Shown here in pieces: positions 13,050-26,329 of a stretch of DNA of 64,000 bases. Under the pieces are notes generated by a model, which worked only from the letters and a program-made list of their open reading frames with translations, ran no database searches and was not told the origin of the DNA. Numbering within the stretch: position 1 is the stretch's first letter; every line of letters begins with the position of its first letter. Source of the stretch: Epiperipatus broadwayi (taxonomy: Eukaryota > Animalia > Onychophora); NCBI GenBank assembly GCA_028023455.1, contig JAQFVV010000007.1, positions 14,942,001 to 15,006,000 of the forward strand. The letters run 5' to 3'. Both the position numbers and the translations under genes were made by a program.

Positions 13050-13960
13050 TGTCTGTTAGTCTCCGTATTTTCTGTATGCACATACACACTTTCGCATAAT
13101 TTATAAATTTATTTACGCTATCTTACACTTATTACTTCTCTTTCTCAAATTATTTATAATGTATATATTTTTCAAATGTATAATTGATTTATGTGACATA
13201 AAATGGCAACTTTGATTGAATTTTTCAAACGTGAAAAAGGGCGTGATTTCCCTTCGTTTATTAGAATATATACAAACAACTAATTGCAGATAATGGATAA
13301 TCAACAATCAAAGCAGAAAATAGAATTAAATTAAGAGTCGTGTTTTTCCCCCTATAACAAGAGAAAAATAATTAAAGTAGGCATCTGTGAAAGTTTTTTT
13401 TATTATTATTTTTCCACGGTTTGTTACCTGTAGCGGACTGGACTTGTAGTATTTTGATGAGCTGAAAACTGTCAAAAATTATCTGAACTGTAATAGCCAT
13501 TGACAAGTAGTCAAAAGGAGTTTTGTTAGAAGTACAAAATTAAATAAACTAGTCTCTACGAGTTTGAGCTTGTAATCTAAAATTTTTCTATAAATAATCT
13601 AAAAGTTTATTAACTATTTTTACAATTTTCAGTTTGCTTTATAAATTACATTAATTTTTTAACACTCTTAAGAAAGTAAATGCGTATAATATTAAAAATG
13701 CATAAACACGACTTTATAAACAGTATGTTTGATGTTAAAGTAATATAAATTACTACAATATAATGATCTTATTATAAGGTCTATAAAAAATAGAATATAG
13801 TAAATTCATATAATATATCTATTCCTTTTCATTAACATCGCGTAAGCTTCAGTCACAGGAATATTGTTCAATATGCATTTCAAGCCAAATCAGTACTCTT
13901 CAGTTGATATAGAGCACAACCTCTCACATCTTTGTTATCCTCGATCAGTATTTATCAATA
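13050..13960. promoter_or_regulatory. CpG-retaining promoter-like patch with a minus-strand splice donor (CAG|GTAACA at 13428)
   Basis: Many retained CpGs. Candidate 34-nt minus-strand exon at 13461-13428 (HQNTTSPVRY) with a ttttcag acceptor. Confidence 0.35.
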
Positions 13961-14050
13961 CCAAATAATTACAATTTATTTTAAAGATGCAAATGTTTTT
14001 TGTGCTCAGAACAATAACACTAAATATTTATAAGGCTAGAAATTTATTAT
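13730..14050. repeat. ~300-bp dispersed repeat carrying a hammerhead (direct copy at ~16405-16720)
   Basis: Shared blocks tgatgt.aaagtaatataa..tactacaatataatgat and atatgcatttcaa.ccaaatcag.actcttcagttgat. Confidence 0.8.
13868..13907 (-). ncRNA. Minimal type I hammerhead (family 1): core intact, stem II eroded
   Basis: Minus strand TCAA-CTGAAGA-GTACTGATTTGGCTT-GAAA-TGCA-TA-TTGA. Stem I is TCAA/TTGA, stem III is the palindrome ATGCAT and the cleavage triplet is AUA. Confidence 0.6.
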
Positions 14051-14432
14051 ATCTAGAGCTATGCAGTCAATTGGCAGCTGAATAATTATTTAAAATAAAA
14101 TAAAAACAACAGAGTTTAAATAAAACTTTAAAGAGTTTATTTACTCTGAATAATAATAATTATATTAGTAATTCAATGTAGTAATTTTATGATTCTGTAA
14201 GCACTTTACTACCCGTGCATATTAATTTAAAAATAGTCCAAATAGATTCTTGACTAGAGCTCTTCTTTGTTCATTTTCAGCACTTCACTTTCACTAAATT
14301 ATCTTTCCACTAGATTAATTTTATTTTTCTTCTCTCTTATTTAATTCTTCTGTAGACTATTTATCAGTTATTTCTAATTTGAACATACAAATTAGCCTGT
14401 TGCAATTTCCAGTAAGTTTTCTCTTTCTATAT

Positions 14433-15337
14433 CAGTGGTCTTCAATCTTTTCCCACCTGCAGATCGGTAAAAGTAAGGATAATATTTTGCAGACCAGCAG
14501 AAGTTTGCAGATAAATTTTTATTGGGGGGGAGGGGTTGAGAAATATGTTGTCATCACTGAGACAAAAGATAGACACCAAAGTTATTTTTTGTTTGTTTTT
14601 ATTTTTAAAATAGGTAACAGAAATTGGTTTTAGAAATAAAAGTTTTAGTATTTTAATGGTATACAAATAGAGCCAAAAAAAATATTGCCTTATAGGCCAA
14701 AAAAAGTAGGCATATTTTTAAACAAAAAAAAAAAAAAAAAACGAAACTTGAAAAAGTCAAAAGTTTTGATCTTACTTTATTTTGGGGTGGTGGGGGTGTA
14801 TTGAGAAATACTTTGCAAAAGTTAGAAACAGAACTTATTTTTTGGTTTTTATTTTTAAAAAAAAGGTAATAAAAATTTATTTCCAAAATAAAAAGTTAAA
14901 GCCAAAAAAAAAAAATCACCTTATAGCCAAAAAAAAACACTAAAAATGAAATATTAAAAGAGAGAATAGAAAAAATTTAAGAGATCAAAAAAAATCATGT
15001 TACATTTTATTGTTTTAACAACGCTGACAAGCAGCCATGATTGGCTATCAAAAGACAACTGGAGTTTGTGTAATAAAAAACATTTTTCTACCCCCCCCCA
15101 CCTCCATAAACATCTGTGATAAATAGAAAAACAAATTAATTTATATATGATTGATTAGATTTTGTGGTATTTTTGTTCTGTTTCTTTTTTTTAAATAAAT
15201 GTGATGAAAAAATAAATAAAAATTGTTCATATTCATTAAAAGTTTAAAATCTTATTATTTTGTTATTATAAACTTTCTTGCCAGTCTAGCTGCGGACTGA
15301 CAGACAACTTCTGTGGTCCGGTGGTTGAAAACCACTG
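14433..15337. mobile_element. hAT MITE with an internal ~255-bp direct duplication
   Basis: TIRs CAGTGGTCTTCAATC / GGTTGAAAACCACTG; perfect 8-bp TSD TTCTATAT at 14425-14432 and 15338-15345. Confidence 0.95.
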
Positions 15338-16552
15338 TTCTATATAATTAATTATTTAAAGCTTGCACACACACTCACATCTTTTTTTTTTAATAAATAA
15401 ATGTACAGATACAGAATTCCTCTCTCTACTCCAGAAATATACAGAATTTTATTCACAAATTATTTTTTCAGATTCTACTTGAACTACAATATACTCAGGT
15501 TTATTTAAAATGTAATCTTGTAGCTTTATCCATTTCTTCCATTATCAGGTAGGCCTTTTTTGAGGTTCTTACTTTCTTCTTCTGGCTCTGTAGTATTTTC
15601 CCTTCCTTTAGTATTGACTGTGAAAGATTTTTCTTGAACAGAAAAGCTAACTGGGGTTTTTACTTCAGTTTCATCAGAAATATCAGTCTGATTTCCTTTC
15701 TCCAAGTTCAAATTAACCATTACATCTTCTAATGGTTCTGTTCATTTTCTAATATAGTTGATATGATGTTTAAATACACTGCTGTTTTGTAACCTTATTT
15801 TGCATATTTATTCATATATTATTTCTGTAAATATTCCTTGTGCCTGTTTCCTCTTTATCATACCCTTAATCCATACATTTTAGTTCACAATGCATTTTAC
15901 ATTTTCCAAATTTCTCTCTTCCTATTTGATTTTAAACTTCAACTTATGATGGAAATTTAATTTGAGTATTTATTTTTGCTGTAGAAATTGTAACATATCC
16001 AATACTTATTTCCCAAACATTTGCATTCTTCACCATTCCTCCCCTTGACTTACTATATGATGGTAAATCAACTATAGACGTTTCACATTTTTTATTGCAG
16101 ACTTTTGACAAATGGCAACAATTATACATTTTAAAGTAACATTTTTAATATGACCTTTCCCTCTTGCAAAAGTAATAATTTATTTGTCGGCAGATTTTCA
16201 TTTTTAATTTAAGCATATCATCACTATCTTTCAATTTATTTATAAAGATCAAGTTTTTAGACATTTCTCCTCTTGATTTATTGTTTCATTGTAAATCATG
16301 TTTTGTCATTCATCACTTATATAGTCCACAATTAAAAATTTTTTTGTTTTAATTTTATTTCTGGAGAAGCATATTAGCATTAAAACTATATGCAGATAGC
16401 AGTATGTCTGATGTAAAAGTAATATAACTCACTACAATATAATGATAATAATAATTTTAATATAAGTTCTTAACAAAAAATATATATACTGTACTCATAT
16501 AATATATTTATAATTTTCCATTTCAGTCACTTGATTAAATGTAACCACTTGC

Positions 16553-16591
16553 TAAATATGCATTTCAACCAAATCAGCACTCTTCAGTTGA
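16553..16591 (-). ncRNA. Minimal type I hammerhead (family 1), degenerate
   Basis: Minus strand tcaa-CTGAAGA-GTGCTGATTTGGTT-GAAA-TGCA-TA-ttta. Confidence 0.5.
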
Positions 16592-18131
16592 TCAAGATCA
16601 CAATCTCTCACATATCGTTATTATCCTTAGTATTTATCAATTTTAAAAGTGCAATTTTTTTCTGCTCAGAATAATAACCCTAAACATTTTTAAGACTAAA
16701 AATTATATCATTTTAGCCCATATATATTGAAACAGTCAGATCTATCTATCAGTCTGTTTCACCTACTATTTTCTATAGTAGTATTTTTTTTCTCTAGACT
16801 CAAGTCTGCATATAAAAGGTTAAATTTAAACTTTATTATTGTAATGATTATGTGTGTGCATATATAATAACTACTTTGTTCAATGCTTATGATTAAGTAT
16901 AATAAATCAGCATATACACATGTATGTATTATTTTTAATAAGTGTAAACCTTGCTGTGTGTGTAACAAAGAACCTACATATATGCAGAAGATAAATAATG
17001 TTATAGATTTAAAAGCATTATAAACTTTGTTTTATTTTAAATTTTATTATAGAGTTAATGTAGAAATTATATTACTTCGCATATAAAGATAAATTTCGGT
17101 TATAAGTGTTACATATAGGTAAGATGTTTACGACTTTTAAATTCATTCTTTAATAATAATAAAAAAACAGATGTGATTAACAGTCATCCGTTCACTCGGT
17201 CTTGACTTAATTAGAGGGTAGAAGTGAAATGATTTTAAATTAGAATCACATTAATTAACTATTAGTCAATATTGAAAGAACCAATTTTAAAAGGGATGAG
17301 AAATCAATAAATCAGCAGGAATCCCTCATTTTATTAAACAAAATGTTGCAAACAGATGGGGGAGTCAAAACTTGTAAACAAGTTGAGCGGTTGGTAAAGA
17401 AGGGGGTAAAAGAGTATATAAACTTTGTTCAGCCATGTTGAAGGAACTGACTTATTGCAAAATTTTAATTCCACTACTGCTGCTGAGGTTTAATTTTGAC
17501 AAGTCTACTAAATTTCATAATGTGAATCTGTGAGTAGTTTGGCAAAATCTTGCCATCTGGAGCCTGAAGGCTGGTCTACAATATGCGGAGATGTAAAGAA
17601 AAAATGATAGCCCAGTTGCTGAGGAAATGAAGATGTGAGCCAAGATTAAGTAACCATGCAAGTAGCCTTACAAGTTATAGCGGTAACCAATTCCTGCAGA
17701 TCTTAAAATATTTTAAACTAAATCTAAACTCATAAAGCTAGATAACTTAATGTAAGTGGTCACTTTATTATATTAACCTATTTACCTCTCCAAATATTAA
17801 GTTATAAATTTAAACTAAGTGTATCTTTTGTTTTGTTTATCTTTTAATTTGTAAGTCTTGTCTAATTTAACTTAAATGATGAGAAAGTAAAGACAAATTC
17901 TAAATTTAACTTACATGAATAAATAATTTATTAGTTATTAATTTTCTTTCTTTTAAATTAAGTCTATGTTGATATTAGTTAAATTATGTATTTGTTTATG
18001 GTATGTTTTCCAGAACGGAGTTTGCTAACATAAAATAAGTAGTGAGAAATGATTAGATATTCTCATGATTGTTTAACTGCTTGTTTATTAACACCCATAC
18101 TAAACTTCTTTCTGAAAAGATTAAATGTAAC

Positions 18132-18137
<6 letters not shown>

Positions 18138-18201
<64 letters not shown>
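18138..18201. repeat. (TA)n microsatellite; others at ~21436-21503, 38427-38470, 42068-42087 and 53564-53623
   Basis: Read directly from the sequence. Confidence 0.95.
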
Positions 18202-18206
<5 letters not shown>

Positions 18207-19099
18207 TTAAACCGTTACAAATGCTTAAAGATAGATTTGCTTTAAATAAACTATTTTGTTAATATTTAGCAGAGCTGATAAGATACAGCATAATATTCAT
18301 ATTTAATCTTTTAATGTTCTCCAAAAATATTGCAATCCTCCTTAACTTTATATAAATGCCCATATAGATAGCTTCACAAAGTAGATTACTTATATACCTT
18401 TAGTAGCATAATTATAGGTGCTATTTTATAAACTGGCTTATGGTAGTTTCATGGAATGAAACTAAATGTTTTGCATCTTAATTGTAGTTATGTAATCATG
18501 TAGTCAGTGGGATGAATGTGTCTTGGTAAGCACATAGATGCCTATACTTCTTGCTGTATTTATTGTATTAAATGGGCTTGGTTTAAGGCCAACCCATTTC
18601 ATAAGTTCGGACAGGTCTCTTTTTAAAATGGGCTTTGGTTTTAAGAGCCACCCCATTATCTTCATTCAAGACTGGAACTCAAGAATCCAGATATTTTATT
18701 AGCTGTTTTGATCACCTGGACTAAATGTCTTTCATTCACAGCAAGTATTGCAGTCTAAGGGAACTGATTACCTAGTAATGAATCCCATGATCAAGCACTC
18801 ATTCAAGATGCACAGACTCAGATTATATATTTGTATAAACCCCATAGTATCCAAAGTCATACTACTAGCCACCAGTTCAACCTTCCATAATTAAGTATTT
18901 CAGCTTTGATCTGAACTCAAATCTAGTTTCGTAAGTCTAATATCTATATAGAGAAATGTTTAGCTTATTAAAATGATATTAATGATAATTCATAAAAATC
19001 ACCTCTGCAAACTAATGAGTTTTTTATTGAAGTAAAAATATTAAAATCAACATGTCTATCATATTTTAGCAGAGATAATTCAAAAATAATACCAATTCA

Positions 19100-19420
19100 A
19101 AATAATATTCTAGCACTTTTAGCACTCATGTGTCCTTATCAAAGCAACTATACTAAGGATATATTAAAGAACATATTTAGTAAAAATAAAAATAAAAACT
19201 AGCATGAAAAACAGAAATAACTAGTTAGAAAATTACTCTGCTTAGCATTAATGGCAATTCACAATATTCAATTAATACTAAACAGACTAGTTTTCCAATT
19301 AGTTGTTCTGAGTCTTCATACTATGTTTTCTTTAAATATTTTACTGATTTTGTTCTTTAGTAAAATTGCCTTGATAAGCACATATGAATGTGATAAGTAC
19401 TTGGATATTATTTTAAATTT
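19100..19420. repeat. Old imperfect foldback
   Basis: cactcatgtgtccttatcaaagcaact vs aattgccttgataagcacatatgaatg, with further complementary blocks inside. Confidence 0.55.
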
Positions 19421-21065
19421 ATATAGTATTATTTTTTAATTGTCTCTATTAAGAATCAACAGACATATTGGTTTTAATGCGTTTACAATTGGTAACAGAT
19501 GGAAATTTTCTCACTGAAGTAAAAGGATTCTTTCACATTCTCACAGCTATAAAAAAAGTTATTTGAGTTTAAATCCATTTAACTTGGGTTTGAAGTAAAG
19601 GACTATCTCTTTTCACTTTAATAAAAAAAACCAATGAAAGGGTTATTATGGGTTAATGGAGAAAACTTAATTAATCTCTGGAAGATTAGTAATTAGTAGT
19701 AATTGATAGTTTCCTGGCAACATCAAAGGCAAAAGTTATTTCTGTTAACATGGATATAATTTCCTTATTTCTACTCCTTATTAGATTCATTGCATCATTT
19801 CAATTAAATTTATTTTTCCATACATTTCATCTGCTTTTTTTGCTTTCAGAAGTAGCCCCTTTTGTGATTCCATAATTTTTTTAAATTATGAACTTATTAC
19901 TTCAATTAGTGATAAATCATATTTTCATGAATATTTTTTTTAAAAAATGAAAGTATACTTCTCTTTCCACTGTATTCTTTCTATTGGATTAAGTGAAAAC
20001 TTTGAACTAGTTTCCAAAAGTGATACTTTATTTTAGATAGTGTCACATTATCATTTGAATTTAAATTTACTGCATATCCTTCTATAGTGTTCATTTGTAT
20101 CTGTTGTTTGATATTCTGATAAAAGACACTGTATTTTGTTCCTTTTATAGTTTTGTTCTTATTGCACTAAAGAGTTTTATTGCAGGTGCCATTTATGCAT
20201 ATTCATGGATATCATTATCATCTAGTACCATGGCATAACTTTACTGCATGTTTTTTATTATCATTTTGTTTTTAATACAGCAGAATATATATTTTATTAA
20301 ATAAAGGGGGGGGAATTGGGGAGCATGAAATTAGGGCTGCTATTTTTTAAAAACATGAAACTTTGATAAAACTAAAAGCATTGAATGAGTGTTTTATCTT
20401 TCACATCTTTTTTTTTATATGTGCATCATTTAAAGAACATAATGCAGTAATTGTCATATGTTCTATATTTAAGATTCTTTAAATTAAGGCATAAAGTTTT
20501 TGCAAAATAAATGCCAGTTAAAGATTTTTTAAGAAATGAAACATATTTTTTTAAAGATAAATAAAATTTTAACCCATAAATTTAAAGATCATTTAAATTA
20601 AATTTGGTTATTTGTAAATAAAATTTATAATTGTTACCAAATGTAAGTCTAAAAGATATGCAAGTGTATAATTACAATTCATTGTACTTATCACAGTTTT
20701 GTATTTAATTATTAATTAGTTGTTTCAGCATTTTGTGTAGAGTAATTAAACAATTAGCATTTAACTTTATATATATTCAGTATAAAGTATTATTTATCAT
20801 TGCATATTTGACATGCGCCTATTTACCTGAAGAATTTTAAAAATTAGTGAAATTATTCTGTAAACTCAGACATCAATTAATTATTTTTATTACTCATTTA
20901 TTAGATTAGAGTTATTCACTTATTGAGTCACATATCTATAGTGTAATTTTCACTACACCACTCTTACACAAGGTAGAAACTGGTTTTATAACTTTAGCAC
21001 TTTATGTGGGGAAAGGGTGTAATCATGAAAGTGTGACCTAAAACGTGAAAAAACTGTATGATCAG

Positions 21066-21107
21066 CAAGATGCACATTTCATGACGAAACAGACCTCATC
21101 AGTTAGC
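21066..21107 (-). ncRNA. Minimal type I hammerhead (family 1): core intact, stem II eroded
   Basis: Minus strand gctaa-CTGATGA-GGTCTGTTTCGTCAT-GAAA-TGTGCA-TC-ttg. Confidence 0.5.
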
Positions 21108-21434
21108 CCAGATCACAAACTCTTGCTCAGATCTTTATCATTGTTTAATATGTAATATTTAAACATAAATATATTGTGGATACTGAACTTAATGTAATTA
21201 GAAGGAATTTGAACTCAGACTTTCAAGCTTCCTACAGTTCTCTATTCCACCTTATACAGCTAATACACATAACCATGGATTTGAACTCAGACTTTCAACC
21301 TCTCTACAGCTCTCCACTCCATCTTATACAACCAATAAATATAACCATATATGGTTATGTATCAGTTGTATAAGATGGAGTGTAAAGGTGTAGGAGCTTG
21401 AAAGTCTGAGTTCAAATCTCTTATAATTACATTG

Positions 21435-21504
<70 letters not shown>

Positions 21505-21745
21505 CCAATTATTACAGTTTGATTGACAAGTGTTAAATTTTTACACTACTAAATTATTATTCATTAAGTAACTCATTTCTAGTTTAATAAATGACTAATA
21601 AAAATTATTAATATACTTCCATTAAATAGTTTTTGTCAATGTTGTGAGAGTAGTAAGTTTGATGCTTATCAATTAAACTGTAACAATTGGCTATTTATGC
21701 ATATTAAATAATGATAAAGATATATCAAAAGAATTGTGATCTGAG

Positions 21746-21787
21746 CTAACTAATGAGTGCTGATTCAGCATAAAACATGTGTCTTAG
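21746..21787 (+). ncRNA. Minimal type I hammerhead (family 1): stems intact, core mutated
   Basis: CTAA-CTAATGA-GTGCTG att CAGCAT-AAAA-C ATGT G-TC-TTAG. Stem I is CTAA/TTAG, stem II is 6 bp, loop III is the palindrome ACATGT and the site is GUC. Two G-to-A changes lie in the core. Confidence 0.65.
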
Positions 21788-22357
21788 AATTTTTTTTTTC
21801 ACATTTCTTTGTTCTTATGTTTATGATTATACACCTCCATGTGGTGTTAAAAACAAGTAGAAATAAGTCCTTATCTTGCATGAGAGTAATGTAGTGAAAA
21901 TTACACGACACAAATATTATTTATTAAATATCAGTTTTTTAAATCATTATTCTCTTTGTTGTATTTCTGATTTACTTTCTTTAAAATATGAAAGAATTTA
22001 GTGAAAACTATTTTGTAATATAAAAGACTAATGAACATTGTTGCTAAAGGACAGTTTAATTATCAACCCTTTTGTAATTCAATATTTTTCTATCCTTTCC
22101 CTAATAACAAACTGAGTTAATAGTTCACCCTTTTTTAGTATTAAAACTTTTGTTTAAAATTATGAATCAATAAACTATATTTGATTTATTAAAAATATAA
22201 GTTTGTAATCAAAAAGCATCCTTACAAATCATATTTAACCTTTCCAAATATAGAAAAAATAATACAAATACAGAATGAGATCAATTACTTTTTTCTTACT
22301 GGCTAATTATACAATGCTATTAAAATCTTTGTTAAATAATTTTTGGTACTCATATTT

Positions 22358-23596
22358 TAGCTAAAGATGCCACTCTATGGTGCATTTTTCATGCCAAAAC
22401 ACATAAAAATGCTGTTTCCACAGCCGACATGTTTGAACCCACGTTTTCTATAATAGAACTTTTTTGTTGTGCTACAGAATGCAGGCCGCTATGTCACATC
22501 ACAGTACAGCATGTATGTCGCATAGCAGCAAATACATTTTCCGAATTCGCACAATTTATAAAATAATTACGGCTTGATGAGAGAGTTTATATTTGAATTG
22601 TATTGAAATGTTGTTTTCATTGGATTTTTATTTATTTTAAACTATTGAAATGTTCAGATTTTTTAAAGCAATAATTATGACTTTTTACAACATACTGTAT
22701 TGAACTTTTATTTAGGAAAATGTTAAATATCTATGTTTTTATTGAGTTGCAATTAGGTAATGTGTCAAGTAACGTACTGTTAGTAACATTCCACGAGACA
22801 AAGAAAATTCTACCATCTGTATATTTTTGAAGTAAAAAAGAGCGGTACAAAAAAAATATCCAGTAAGAAAAGTCCAAATATACAGGTTGTTTTGTGAATT
22901 TCATAAAAAGTAAATATTATAAACATGTTTAATAAGTAAAGAAGACATTTGTATGTGTTTGTTGTTGTTTAAAAAAGTTTGAGTTTCTTTCTTTTGTCTG
23001 AGTACGGTTACGATTTTGAATTTTTTTATTTTAGCATTACAAACAACAGAAAACTAACCCTAAAACTAACTCTAACCCTAAAACTAACCCTAAACTAACC
23101 CTAAAACTAACCCTAAAACTAACTCTAAACTAACCCTAAAACTAACCCTAAAACTAACCCTAAAACTAACTCTAAACTAACCCTAAAACTAACCCTAAAA
23201 CTAACCTTAAAACTAACCCTAAATCTAACCGTAACAACTTTTACTTTTATTACGATTATTATTTTTTAGTTAAACAACAACAAAAAAAGTCGTAACACAA
23301 GTAAAAAAATATCCGATAGAAAATTGATTAAAAAAAAGCCGTAACACAATTTAAAAAGTATACGATATAAAAAACACGAATCAAATTGTAATTTGTTGAT
23401 TTTATTTTACATTTATTATTATCATTTAAATTGTATACATTAATAAAAAATAATATTTAAAAAAGATGATTTTGTTTTGTTTTTATTTTCGCATTACAAA
23501 AAAGCACAGAAAAATTATTAAAATCAACGGTCCGTGAATGTTCATATTTTATAGTTTTAGCATGAAAACGGTGCCATCCAATGACATCATTAGTTA
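22358..23596. mobile_element. Non-autonomous TIR element carrying a telomere-like minisatellite
   Basis: Imperfect ~40-bp TIRs: tagctaaagatgccactctatggtgcatttttcatgccaaaac / gttttagcatgaaaacggtgccatccaatgacatcattagtta. Superfamily not assignable. Confidence 0.6.
23051..23233. repeat. 12-bp tandem repeat (TAACCCTAAAAC)n, about 15 units
   Basis: Read directly; the minus strand is (GTTTTAGGGTTA)n. Confidence 0.95.
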
Positions 23597-24599
23597 TAAG
23601 ACAAGCACCAATTTTTTTAGACATTTATTAATTATTACAAAGCCATCATAAAGCTATGAAATTCTGTTCTAAAATTTAAAATTGCGTTTATAATTTTTAA
23701 ATTATTATAAAAGTTCTGTATTACAGTATTTGACAGAAAGTAGTGATCATAATTTTTCTTTTTATAATTACTTCAAATTTTTAAATTTGTGTTATAAAAA
23801 AAAACATATTTTAAATAAAAATCTAAATATAAACAAGACTATGTTTTTTTAGTTATTGCTATAGAAATATGTGTGATAATAAGCACAAATATTTAAATAA
23901 ACTACAGAAACAATTAATTTTTCTTTGTCATTGTTAAGAATTGAAAGAAGTTTACAAATTTATTTATATACCCAAGATCAAATAATCTACTAATCAGCAA
24001 CATTAAACCAATACAACATAACATGAACACTATTTTCTATACTTACAGAAATTGTTTATAATAGTAATAAACACTCCATACAGAAGTGCCACTAATGCAA
24101 ATTGTAGTAATCAATGAATAAAACCCACAAGCTAAAAACTAATCAAGATATTGGATGAGTAGAGACTAGATAAAGATTTTATACTCAAACCATCTCATTA
24201 ATTGTTAAAGCTTGCACTAGGTAGTGCTAGTTTATGGAAAGTTTGCTACTATTATAATCATTGGTATTGTAGGCTTTTGTCAGCTCTTTTGCAGTTTCTC
24301 TTGTTACTACGAAAATTTTTATATTTTTTAATTAACAAATTAAGATTTAATTTAATATATAGTTTAATTATCAAATGAATAAAAAACCAGAACATTAATG
24401 ATAAAGATATACACATGAGATTAACATAAAACTTAAACTCCCCAATATCATTACAGTAGTTCTTAATATTATGTATCTTATAATTAATAAGTTAACTAAT
24501 AATAATTGGGAAGTAATCACTTGATTTTATATATTTTCAATATGTACAATGCTAATATATGTAATCATGTGTAAAAATGCTAGAATTATTTACCTACAC

Positions 24600-25075
24600 T
24601 CTTTATAGAAATTTTATGTTATTTCAAAAGCAACATGAAATAACAACTAACTTTTTGTTAGACATATGTTTCTATCGATAAAACCGGACATCATCAAATA
24701 TTTCAGAAAATCATACAGACACAAATTTCTACATTATTTCAAAGCTTGAACATAAATTAAGCAGCAATTTAACTAAAGCTTTTTATATATTGACTTAATA
24801 TTATGAAATAAGGCAGAATCCTTGAATAAATTTATTTTAACTAACCTAGTTAAATTACCTGCTAAGTTTGTGTTCAATCTTTAGAATCAAATTCAACTTT
24901 GTGAATATATTTAACAAAAATTGGGTAGTCATGTTTGTTGAAATCTTAACTGATTTTCTGGGCTACTGATGACATTCAACTTAACAGATAGAAACATGTG
25001 TATCAAAAAGTTGCTTGATTTTTTTAAGCAAACAATACCATTTAAAACATCAAAAAATTTCTATAGAAGTCATAG
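24600..25075. repeat. Imperfect foldback with a degenerate hammerhead in each arm (24655-24700 on -, 24961-25005 on +)
   Basis: Minus strand TTGATGA-TGTC cggttttatc GATA-GAAA-CATATG-TC; plus strand CTGATGA-cattcaacttaacagata-GAAA-CATGTG-TA. Arms are complementary (ttgaacataaattaagcag / ctgctaagtttgtgttcaa). Confidence 0.65.
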
Positions 25076-26329
25076 ATAAATAACATTAGCATTATAACAT
25101 ATATATATATTGTAACATTTTTCACATTTTAGTACATTCTGGTAGACCTTTTTTTACACACTATTAAGTGAAAGTTAATCAAGCTATGGATAAGAAAATA
25201 TCTTGTTCCTATTTTCAAAAACATAGCTATATTTCCTGATTAACTGGCCTACTAATTATTGTGATTTATGCTGCCAATGGAATCAGCTTTTTTTATTTAT
25301 TTTACAAGGGTGCCAAGATTTATACAAGAATCCACTGAAATTCATCACTTTGCACATTGTAAATTTAGAAGAAAATAATTTAAAAGGATTGGGGTTTTGA
25401 TTTCCCATAACTTTATTTGTTTTTTTAGAGAATATTATTCCTGAACCTTAATTAATAACTATTGGCAAAGGTAAATTACACATAATAGATTACAAATAAA
25501 CTAACCATAATAATGCACAATGAAAAGTTAACAAAAGCAAAATATTTTATTCAAACAAATTAAAATATTTAAAAGATAAATTACTAATAAGTTCGAAAGA
25601 CTACACGCATGCTAATCCAGACATGAATCAATTAATTAAAACAGTTCATATTACACTTAGATTTCTGAGGCCATAAACAAAAGACTCTTGAATAGCAAAA
25701 TTAATGTCTAATGTGTCCATTGATGCTACATCATTATTGAGTATAGTATGGCTGATTTAGTATTATTTATCATTTTACTGAACTAAGAATTAAAATTAAT
25801 TATTGGGTCATATATGTATTTAGATATTACAAACATGTTAAACTTATAAAACATACTAAAGCTGTTATTTTAATGATTCATGAATTATTTTCTTTAGATA
25901 TGAACATCTTTAAATTTTAGTATAAGTTTATATTTTTATAAGCAATGTTTGATTAGTTTGGGTATATTAGAACTTCGTCAAATCTATCTTAAGCTTATAT
26001 CATTGTTTTGGGACAATGATACTTGATTTAATTGTTTTAATTTAGTCTATCTTAATTTAAGGATTATATTTAGGGTATCTAAAATAATAGTTTTATTTGC
26101 TTCTATTTATTCTAAATGATGTTTCATTACTATTTTGTTTCATGTAGCTGACAGTCGGATATGTGATTAAATAAACGATTATTTTAAATGCTGAATAATT
26201 ATATATTCATCGGTATTCATTTAGATTAGTGTACTATATTCATTCAATTATAAACGATACCATTATTTATGGGCATTATAAAATTATTATTATTTTTATT
26301 TGATTTACATTTTATTTAGTTATAAATGA

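Larger units (their letters stand above)
20940..21905. mobile_element. Nested foldback: two inverted copies of a ~220-bp hammerhead-bearing repeat around a tandem plus inverted SINE-like unit and (TA)n
   Basis: Outer arms are 20940-21160 and 21695-21905. Inner ~72-bp units at ~21210 and ~21280 have an inverted copy at 21365-21435. A further short pair lies at ~21502-21530 / 21665-21695. Confidence 0.75.

Noticed and set aside
15526-16129. Two minus-strand ORFs (64 and 61 aa) as host exons
   Set aside because: Neighbouring frames are interrupted and there is no convincing splice-site pair. They are probably TE ORF debris that I cannot assign.
17170-17720. GC-richer block with TATATAAA and E-boxes as an LTR or promoter
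   Set aside because: No second copy, PBS/PPT or clear TG...CA boundaries, and the motifs are too short to support a call.
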